Shown piece by piece: positions 1 to 6,365 of a DNA stretch of 18,350 nt. This DNA is from Coriobacteriaceae bacterium (GTDB lineage Bacteria; Actinomycetota; Coriobacteriia; Coriobacteriales; Eggerthellaceae), in the NCBI GenBank assembly GCA_015062685.1, contig SUUE01000007.1, positions 33,969 to 52,318 on the forward strand. Direction: 5' to 3'. Position 1 is the first letter of the stretch. Each line of letters opens with the position of its first letter. Made by a program: the position numbers and the translations under genes. The notes under the pieces were generated by a model. The model searched no databases and was not told where the DNA came from. It saw nothing but the letters and a program-made list of their open reading frames with translations.

Positions 1-1
1 C

Positions 2-508
2 GAGCGCACCGTGGCCGAAGTGGCTGGCGGGGACGACGCGCGCCTGGTGGCCATCCTCGAGGACATCCGCAACCACACGAACGTCGGGGCCATCTTCCGG
101 TCGGCAGCCGCCATCGGCGCCGACGCCGTGCTCGCCTCGCCCGCCTGCTACGACCCGCTCTACCGCCGCGCCGTCCGCGTTTCCATGGGCACCGTGTTCC
201 AGGTTCCGTGGGCGCGCATCGGCACGGACCCCCACGACTGGTCGCGCGACGGCATCCCCGAGCTGCACGAGCTCGGCTACACCGTGGCCGCAATGGCCCT
301 GAGCGACGACTCCGTTCCCCTCGACGACCCGCGGCTCAAGCAATGCGACAAGCTCGCCCTGGTCTTCGGCACCGAAGGAGACGGCCTTTCACCCAAGACC
401 ATCGCCCGTTGCGACTACACCGTGCGCATCCCCATGCAGCACGGCGTCGACTCGCTCAACGTCGCCGCCAGCAGCGCCGTGGCCCTCTGGGAGCTCAGGC
501 GCCGCTAG
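2..508 (+). CDS. SpoU/TrmH-family (SPOUT) RNA 2'-O-methyltransferase, C-terminal catalytic part; 5' end lies outside the window
   Basis: The reading frame is open to the window edge, and the ORF-track M at 11 is a GTG. The sequence shows the three SPOUT motifs: HTNVGAIFRSAAAIGADAVL, LVFGTEGDGLS and IPMQHGVDSLNVAASSAVALWE. Stop codon TAG at 506-508. Confidence 0.85.
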   Translation, partial: ERTVAEVAGGDDARLVAILEDIRNHTNVGAIFRSAAAIGADAVLASPACYDPLYRRAVRVSMGTVFQVPWARIGTDPHDWSRDGIPELHELGYTVAAMALSDDSVPLDDPRLKQCDKLALVFGTEGDGLSPKTIARCDYTVRIPMQHGVDSLNVAASSAVALWELRRR

Positions 509-522
509 AAAGGAAGGACCCC

Positions 523-1371
523 ATGCAAGAACGAAAGAACACCGTGCTCCTCTTCTCCAAGCTGCCCGAAGTGGGGCTCGTGAAAACGCGCCTCACCATC
601 CTCAAGGACGGCATGTTCCCCCCGGAGACGGCAGCCCACCTGTATCATTGCATGCTCTTCGACGTGGTCGAGATACTCTGCGCGGCCCTGAACGACCTGG
701 AAGCCTCCCAGCCCGAGGACGCCGAAGTACGAGACACGTACGAGCTCGTGATCTCGACGGCGCCCGCCCCCAACGTGGAGAAGATGCGCGCCCTGTTCGA
801 GGACGCCGGCACGTGGCCGCGCGAGCTTACGTTCATATGCGACGAGGGCGCGAACTTCGACGAGCACTACAACCACGCGTTCCAGCAATGCTGGGACCGC
901 GGCGCCGATTGCATCCTGTCGATGGGAGCTGACATGCCCGCGCTCACCAAGGCGGACGTGAAGTACGGCTTCGAACAGCTGCACCGCCTCTGCAACATGC
1001 CCGGCGGCGGCATCGTCCTCGCCCCCGACCAGGAGATGGGCGTATCCGTCGTCGGTTGGACGCGCGAGACCAAGTTCGACCACACGGGTGTTTACTACTG
1101 CCAGGACGGCCTGACCGTACTGCCGGCCTACATCCAGAAGGCGCGGAGCGCCGGGCTGCCCGCGCTCTGGCTGCCCCCCATTCCCGACGTCGACACCATG
1201 GCCGACTTCTTCCACAGCGTGACGCTCGTGCACGCGCTGTGCTACTGCGCGGAGTTCGACGACATATGCCCGCCCTGGCGCACCGCCGAGGCGCTCATCG
1301 AGGAAGGGTTCCGCGAAGTTCGCGTGGCGCCCAACAACCTCTTTGACCCAAGGGACCACATAGACAAGTAG
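523..1371 (+). CDS. DUF2064-family protein (MobA-like nucleotidyl/glycosyl-transferase fold), about 282 aa
   Basis: ATG at 523 is preceded by the RBS aaaggaagga. The N-terminus LLFSKLPEVGLVKTRL...AAHLYHCMLFDVVE matches the DUF2064 signature (K-x-P-x-x-G-x-VKTRL ... LY..L.D). The 387-aa version in the ORF track would start inside the upstream gene and has no RBS. Confidence 0.6.
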   Translation: MQERKNTVLLFSKLPEVGLVKTRLTILKDGMFPPETAAHLYHCMLFDVVEILCAALNDLEASQPEDAEVRDTYELVISTAPAPNVEKMRALFEDAGTWPRELTFICDEGANFDEHYNHAFQQCWDRGADCILSMGADMPALTKADVKYGFEQLHRLCNMPGGGIVLAPDQEMGVSVVGWTRETKFDHTGVYYCQDGLTVLPAYIQKARSAGLPALWLPPIPDVDTMADFFHSVTLVHALCYCAEFDDICPPWRTAEALIEEGFREVRVAPNNLFDPRDHIDK

Positions 1372-1440
1372 GGACGCTCCCCGAGCGCCCGACAGAAGGT
1401 GGGCAGTGGGGTTAAGCCCCTTGCTCACCCGTAACGCGAA

Positions 1441-1473
1441 AGCGCCGCCCCGAACGGGACGGCGCTTCTTCAT
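1441..1473. terminator. GC-rich hairpin (agcgccg-ccc-gaac-ggg-a-cggcgct) followed by tcttcat, between convergent genes
   Basis: Stem-loop read directly from the sequence. It lies between the DUF2064 stop at 1371 and the minus-strand SPFH gene stop at 1491. A T-rich tract follows on the plus strand. Confidence 0.4.
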
Positions 1474-1490
1474 TGCATGCGTTTGGCGCT

Positions 1491-2813
1491 CTACGGGCGC
1501 GGGGTGCCGCACTCGTTGCAGAACTTGCCGCTGTTGGCGGTGCCGCACTGCGGACACTGCCAATCGCTCGACACGGGGGCAGGTTGCGGGGTGCCGCACT
1601 CGCCGCAGAACTTGCCGCTGTTGGCGGTGCCGCACTGCGGGCAAGTCCACCCGCCGGCCACCGGGGCCGCCGCCACGGGCGCAGCCTGAGCCGGCATGCC
1701 GCCCTGCGGCTGCTGCTGGAACGTCTGACCACCGAACCCGCCGCCATCGGCCATCGGGTAGGCGCTCTGGGGCTGCTGGTAGGCGCCCTGCTGGGCCGCG
1801 CCCTGCTGGAACATCGTCGCGGCAGCCTGGCCGCCCATGCCCTGGGCCATGCCCATGCCCATGAAGCCGGTCATGGCACCTGCGGTGTTGTTGGCAGCAT
1901 CCTGCATGGCGTTGGCTGCGGCGTTCGCCGTGACGGCCGCTGCCTGGCGCGGATCGACCATCGTCTGGGCCATCTGGCGGTCGCTGATCTGCTTCTGAAC
2001 TTCCTCGGGCAGGGTGATGGAGTTCACGCCGAACTTCTCCACCTGAATGCCGCGCTGCTCTCCCCATTCCTGCGACAGTTCGTCGTTCAGGAACTTGGCA
2101 AGCTCGGACGTGTGGGCCGGGATGGCGGAGTAGCGGACGCCCATCTCGGAAATGCGAGCGAGTGCCGGCTGCAGCGCCGTGAGCAGCTCGCTCTTCATCT
2201 GCGAATCCAGACGATCGCGCGTGTAGGGCTCCTCAACGTTGCCGCAAACCTTCTTGTAGAAGATGAGCGGGTCGGTCAGACGATACGAATACTCGCCGTT
2301 CATGCGAACCGAAGTGTCCATGTCCAGGCCCAGATTGGCGTCGACCACGCGGAACGGGATCGGCGAAGAGGTGCCGTATTTGTTGCCGATGATCTCCTTG
2401 GTGTTGAAGAAGTAGATGCGCTGGTCCTTGCCCGTGTCCCCGCCGAAGGTGAAACGCTGACCGATACGCGAGAAGGTGTTCTTGATGCCCTCGCCGAGGC
2501 TGCCATAGAAGATGGACGGCTCGGTGGAGCGGTCATACACGAACTGGCCGGGTTCGGCGCACACGTCCACGATCTCGCCCGACTCGACGATGATCATGCA
2601 CTGGCCGTCGTTCACGGCGATGATCGAGCCATCGGAGATGATGTTGCTCTCGCCCTTCGTGTTGGAGCTGCGCCCCTTGTCGGAAGTGCGCTTCATGCCC
2701 TTCGCAGCGAGCACGTTCTCATTGAGCACGTCTGCATCGCAGTAGAAGAAGTCGCGCCAAGAGTCGGCCAACACGCCGCCCGCAGCGCCAGTAATCGCAT
2801 GAATCAAACCCAT
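1491..2813 (-). CDS. SPFH/Band-7 domain protein of the COG4260 type (B. subtilis YdjI-like), with a Q/G/A/M-rich linker and two C-terminal zinc ribbons
   Basis: N-terminus MGLIHAITGAAGGVLADSWRDFFYCDADVL is typical of COG4260. The C-terminus holds two copies of W-x-CPQCGTANSGKFC-x-ECGTP. An aggag-type RBS sits upstream of the ATG at 2813. Confidence 0.75.
   Translation of the reverse strand: MGLIHAITGAAGGVLADSWRDFFYCDADVLNENVLAAKGMKRTSDKGRSSNTKGESNIISDGSIIAVNDGQCMIIVESGEIVDVCAEPGQFVYDRSTEPSIFYGSLGEGIKNTFSRIGQRFTFGGDTGKDQRIYFFNTKEIIGNKYGTSSPIPFRVVDANLGLDMDTSVRMNGEYSYRLTDPLIFYKKVCGNVEEPYTRDRLDSQMKSELLTALQPALARISEMGVRYSAIPAHTSELAKFLNDELSQEWGEQRGIQVEKFGVNSITLPEEVQKQISDRQMAQTMVDPRQAAAVTANAAANAMQDAANNTAGAMTGFMGMGMAQGMGGQAAATMFQQGAAQQGAYQQPQSAYPMADGGGFGGQTFQQQPQGGMPAQAAPVAAAPVAGGWTCPQCGTANSGKFCGECGTPQPAPVSSDWQCPQCGTANSGKFCNECGTPRP
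1501..1640. repeat. Tandem direct repeat with an 87-bp period, two copies of 53 bp that differ at about 2 positions, inside the SPFH gene 3' end
   Basis: ggggtgccgcactcgttgcagaacttgccgctgttggcggtgccgcactgcgg at 1501-1553 against the same string with tt->cc at 1588-1640. Each copy encodes one CPQCG...C.ECG zinc ribbon. Confidence 0.9.
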
Positions 2814-2894
2814 AAGCTGCTCCTAACTATTGCCTTGCTCTTTTGCCGCATCCAGCGCTGCGACGTGCGCTTGTAACCTCATGGTTATCATACC

Positions 2895-3716
2895 CTAGAA
2901 CTTACCGCCGCCGGAGCCAGAGAAGCCGCCGCCCATATCGCTCCAGCCGCTGCTCCCGCTGTCGTTGTCGTTCTTGGGAATGGGCACCACCGCGAGCGTC
3001 GTGTTCACGAAATCGTCGGTGGACACGCTGAAGGCCAGGCTGCCTTCGTCGAGGTAGTTGCCCGCTTCGCTCTGCTCGCGCGCGGTCTGCATGGCGTTCT
3101 TATCGCGCTTGATCGAAGACGCCGCGATGAAGCCGGGGATGCCGAGGGCCGCCAAGAGCTTGAGGATGAAGCCCAGCAGGTCCGGCTCGGTCCATTGCTT
3201 GCCGGTTGTCGCGAAATACGACAGCTGCTCGCCGACGGTCTTGTAGTACGCCTTGCCGCCCTCATACCAATCGCTGTCGTGCAGGGGGTCGGTGTAAGCA
3301 TCTTCAAGCGCATCGACGCCCGCATCGGAGAACGGGTCCTCGCTGCTGTTGTCGAAATGCTTGACCGTCACGTAGTCGCGAGACTTGACGGCGATGGCGC
3401 AGATGATGCCGTTATCGCCGGAGCCGACGCCCAGGTCGTGCTGGAGGAAGAACTGCCTGCCGAACTCGTTGCGCTCGGACGAGCTCGGGTCGGTCTTGCC
3501 GTTCATGTAGTCGGTGTAGACCAGGTAGACGCCCACGCCGTATTGCGCGGCGTAATCGGCGCCCATCTGCTCGAGCTCCTGGAATTTGGAGTCCGTGAGC
3601 ACGTCCTGCTCGTCGAAGACATACGTGCCGCTCTTTGCATAGGCGGGTGCCGCGAACAAGGTTGCGAGCAGGGCAACCGAGAACATTCCGATGAAGAACC
3701 TCTTGATCGATTTCAT
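2895..3716 (-). CDS. TPM-domain (YgcG/UPF0603-like, B. subtilis YdjH-like) membrane protein with signal peptide, one TM helix and a Gly-rich tail
   Basis: Signal peptide MKSIKRFFIGMFSVALLATLFAAPAYA, a TM helix LLGFILKLLAALGIPGFIAA, and the C-terminus GGGFSGSGGGKF as in YgcG-family proteins. The RBS ggggg lies 12 nt after the upstream gene stop, consistent with translational coupling. Confidence 0.6.
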   Translation of the reverse strand: MKSIKRFFIGMFSVALLATLFAAPAYAKSGTYVFDEQDVLTDSKFQELEQMGADYAAQYGVGVYLVYTDYMNGKTDPSSSERNEFGRQFFLQHDLGVGSGDNGIICAIAVKSRDYVTVKHFDNSSEDPFSDAGVDALEDAYTDPLHDSDWYEGGKAYYKTVGEQLSYFATTGKQWTEPDLLGFILKLLAALGIPGFIAASSIKRDKNAMQTAREQSEAGNYLDEGSLAFSVSTDDFVNTTLAVVPIPKNDNDSGSSGWSDMGGGFSGSGGGKF

Positions 3717-3728
3717 GTCAGCACCCCC

Positions 3729-4973
3729 TTAGAACAATCCGTTTGTGCCGAACACGACGAACAGCACAATTGCCAGAATTATCGCGAGCGGGAAGAACAG
3801 CACGATGAAGCGCTTCCTCACCTTCCCCGGGTCTATGGGCAAGTCGCCGATGAGCTTGCCCGTCTGGCCGTTCATCGCGAACAGGTAGTCGTTGCCGTTC
3901 CACTTGGTGTGGAGCATCCATACGGGCATGAGCGCGTAGGACACCTCCGACCATTCCACGTCCGTGTCGGACGACCCGAGGCTCACCGACTCGTAACCGC
4001 TGATCGTGCCCTGGATGGCGTTCGCGCACGTCGCCTCCACGCGGTTTCGCGCGCGCGGGTCGCATTGCTGCACGTCCAGGTCGTAGCGGTCGGTCAGGTA
4101 GCCGGGCAGGTACGCCACGGAGAAGGGCACGAGCTCGGAATAGTCGAAGGGCTCGATCGCGTCCATGTGGGTGTCGGGCATCTTCGTCGAGCCGTCCACG
4201 GGAACGAGGTAGAAGTCCATGGACCCCACGCGGTGCAGGTTGTAGTGGTCGGTCTCGGTATACATGTTCTCGGAGTCGGACCAGGTGCGCGACGTGGTCG
4301 CCTCGAACGTGAAATCGCCGGTGGCGGTGCCCGAATACAGCCAGAACGGCACGTATACGCCCTGCACTTCCTCCAAATGGTTGCCCTCCGTGAAGCCGTC
4401 GGGCAGGAAGCGCTTGCCGCCGTAGTACTCCTTCAGCGCGGCGATCGCGGCGTTCCTGTCGAGCTTGAACGGAATGACGAGATCGGGTTTGAGCACGTCG
4501 GAGAGCTGGCCGGGCAGCACGGTGTTGTTGCCGCAATAGGGACAGCTCGTTACCGCCGTAACCTGGTCGACCATGAGCTGCGCGCCGCACGACGGGCAGT
4601 TGTAAGCCCGCATGTTGTCAACGTCGGCATCGCTCCAACGGGCGTTGGCGAGGTAGTCTTGCACGGGGTCGCCCGTAAGCTCGCGCTTGGGATCGACGTG
4701 GACGTCGGCGGAAACGGAGGCCTCTGCAGCGGAAACGTCCTCGGCCTGACTCGCGCGATCGCCAGCGGCCTTCTCGTCAGCCTGGGCTTGCTTCTGGGCG
4801 TAGAGCTCCTCGATATCCTGCGGGGAGAACACCGATTCGCAAAACTCGCATTTCAGCTGGCCCGACTCGCCGTCAAAGGATAATCGTCCCTGGCAATTGG
4901 GGCATTGATAATTCGTAGCCTCGGCCACGATCCACCTCCGTAAACTCGCAGGTTTAATGTCATCGAATATCAT
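3729..4973 (-). CDS. Double zinc-ribbon protein with a C-terminal transmembrane anchor (B. subtilis YdjG-like); the start may instead be 4994
   Basis: Two C-x2-C...C-x2-C ribbons, YQCPNCQG...CEFCES and YNCPSCGA...CPYCGN, and a C-terminal hydrophobic helix FIVLFFPLAIILAIVLFVVF. It is the first gene of a three-gene minus-strand operon. There is no clear SD before either candidate ATG. Confidence 0.6.
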   Translation of the reverse strand: MIFDDIKPASLRRWIVAEATNYQCPNCQGRLSFDGESGQLKCEFCESVFSPQDIEELYAQKQAQADEKAAGDRASQAEDVSAAEASVSADVHVDPKRELTGDPVQDYLANARWSDADVDNMRAYNCPSCGAQLMVDQVTAVTSCPYCGNNTVLPGQLSDVLKPDLVIPFKLDRNAAIAALKEYYGGKRFLPDGFTEGNHLEEVQGVYVPFWLYSGTATGDFTFEATTSRTWSDSENMYTETDHYNLHRVGSMDFYLVPVDGSTKMPDTHMDAIEPFDYSELVPFSVAYLPGYLTDRYDLDVQQCDPRARNRVEATCANAIQGTISGYESVSLGSSDTDVEWSEVSYALMPVWMLHTKWNGNDYLFAMNGQTGKLIGDLPIDPGKVRKRFIVLFFPLAIILAIVLFVVFGTNGLF

Positions 4974-5136
4974 ACCCGAACGAGTGGAATGCACCCCATG
5001 GTTTTACACTAGCAAATCAGTCGGGAAATCGATACGTTGACCGATAAGCCGTGTGGAAAATTGGGCCACCGCATGTTGCGTGCACGCCAATCGCGTACAC
5101 TAGCACGCGTGCATTTTTCGGAAGCGAGGATTACGA

Positions 5137-6111
5137 ATGAATCTCAACGACGCGATTGACCACGCCTCAACCATCTTCATGCCAGAATTCCTGTTCGGCG
5201 CCGACGAAGCCATGCTGATGGGCCAACGTTCGGCAAACGAGGAGGCCCTGCACCTGCTCATCGAGGAGTACTCCGCAAACGAGAACCCCAGCTTCGATTT
5301 CGGCCTCGTCAGGGAACTCGCGGACAGCAACCGCAGCCTCTGCGACATGATGGGCCCCGAGAGCGTGCAGGCCGACCGCAGCCGCAACCTCTCCGGGCAC
5401 CTTTCGGACGACGACATCCTGCGCGGCGTCGCCGCTCTCCAGCATCGCAGCGTCGAGCGCGTCGCCAAGGAGGTCGCGGGCATGAACGCGACCAAGGGCG
5501 TGCTCTACGGCAGCAAGCCCGCCAAGGGCACGTTCGTGGGAATCGATATCGAGACCACCTCGACGAGCCCCGACCGCGGCTACATTGTGAACGTCGGCTG
5601 GGAAGTCATGGAGCTCGCCGAGGGCGCCGAGGCCCAGGACGCCACGTCGGTGTTCTGCGGATTGCCCGACCAATACGAGGAGACGGGCGTCCCCCTGGCC
5701 GAGATCCACAAGATCACCTGGCAGGACGTGAGCGGTAAGAAGCCCTTCCGCGAGGATAAGGAGCTGCAGAAGAGGCTGCTCAAGCTGCTGAAGTCGCACC
5801 CGTTCATGGCCCACAACGCCGCCTTCGAGGACAGCTGGTTCATGCTGCACCTGGACGGCTACGCCGAGGCGCGCAAGGAAGGCAAGATCGTCCCCATCGA
5901 CACGCGCGACATCTGCCGCGCCCTCGACCCCGAGGTGCGCTTCATGTCATGGGAAGCCAAGCCCGCAAGCCTGGAAGCCTGGGCGCAGCGCCGCGGCACC
6001 CTCGCTCCCGAGGAAGAGGAACGCCACCTCGGCCTCGACGACACCGACCTGATGTTCCGCACCCTCATAGCCGAGCTCAAAGAACGCAACCTCCTAAAAA
6101 CCAACGCCTAG
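5137..6111 (+). CDS. DEDDh (DnaQ-like) 3'-5' exonuclease-domain protein with an N-terminal domain of about 140 aa and unknown function
   Basis: Exo I FVGIDIETTS, Exo II FMAHNAAFEDSWF, Exo III H-x3/4-D (RHLGLDDTD). The RBS gaagcgagga precedes the ATG. Confidence 0.75.
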   Translation: MNLNDAIDHASTIFMPEFLFGADEAMLMGQRSANEEALHLLIEEYSANENPSFDFGLVRELADSNRSLCDMMGPESVQADRSRNLSGHLSDDDILRGVAALQHRSVERVAKEVAGMNATKGVLYGSKPAKGTFVGIDIETTSTSPDRGYIVNVGWEVMELAEGAEAQDATSVFCGLPDQYEETGVPLAEIHKITWQDVSGKKPFREDKELQKRLLKLLKSHPFMAHNAAFEDSWFMLHLDGYAEARKEGKIVPIDTRDICRALDPEVRFMSWEAKPASLEAWAQRRGTLAPEEEERHLGLDDTDLMFRTLIAELKERNLLKTNA

Positions 6112-6130
6112 CAACCCAAGCAAAGAAAAA

Positions 6131-6170
6131 AGAGAGCGGGGGACGTTCCCAAGAACGTCCCCCGCTCTCT
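6131..6170. terminator. Bidirectional rho-independent terminator: perfect 18-bp stem with a 4-nt loop, and an A/T run on the htpG side
   Basis: agagagcgggggacgttc-ccaa-gaacgtcccccgctctct. On the minus-strand transcript it is followed by uuuuuucuuug. It lies between the convergent exonuclease gene and htpG. Confidence 0.8.
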
Positions 6171-6198
6171 TATTCCCTCCAGCGGAAGAGCGTAGCCC

Positions 6199-6338
6199 CT
6201 GGCTGCCGGCGCTGCACGGGGCGGGAGGCCCCGTGCCAGCGATTACGCAGCCCCAACGACTCTATGTGGGCGAACCCTATCCGGCAAGTACCCCGAGCTG
6301 GCACGGGGCCTCCCGCCCCGTGCAGCGCCGGCAGCCAG
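6199..6338. repeat. Perfect 42-bp inverted repeat with a 56-bp spacer, in the htpG 3' region
   Basis: ctggctgccggcgctgcacggggcgggaggccccgtgccagc at 6199-6240 is the exact reverse complement of the sequence at 6297-6338. Confidence 0.9.
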
Positions 6339-6365
6339 ATGGCGGACAGCAGGTCAGACGCGCCC

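Noticed and set aside
208-522. N-terminal extension of the DUF2064 ORF back to 208
   Set aside because: It overlaps the SpoU gene in another frame, its translation is Arg/Pro-rich junk, and a good RBS precedes the ATG at 523, where the family-conserved N-terminus begins.
1501-1640. Possible CRISPR-like direct repeats
   Set aside because: There are only two copies, the spacing is coding in frame, each repeat encodes a zinc ribbon, and there are no cas genes.
1406-1864. Cys/Arg-rich repeat ORFs that look like a metal-binding repeat protein (1406-1864 +, 1412-1747 -, 1477-1689 +)
   Set aside because: They are alternative-frame readouts of the tandem zinc-ribbon repeat in the minus-strand SPFH gene.
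505-2067. 520-aa minus-strand ORF, and similar long antisense ORFs (1473-2876 +, 3195-4883 +, 3718-4590 -, 5949-8288 +, 8481-9989 -, 8663-10258 +, 13836-15323 +, 15190-16884 +, 16918-17979 +, 10176-11156 -)
   Set aside because: Each lies antisense to, or frame-shifted within, a gene that has clear family motifs and an RBS. Their translations are Arg/Ala/Gly/Pro-rich low-complexity strings, typical of open antisense frames in GC-rich DNA. None has an RBS.
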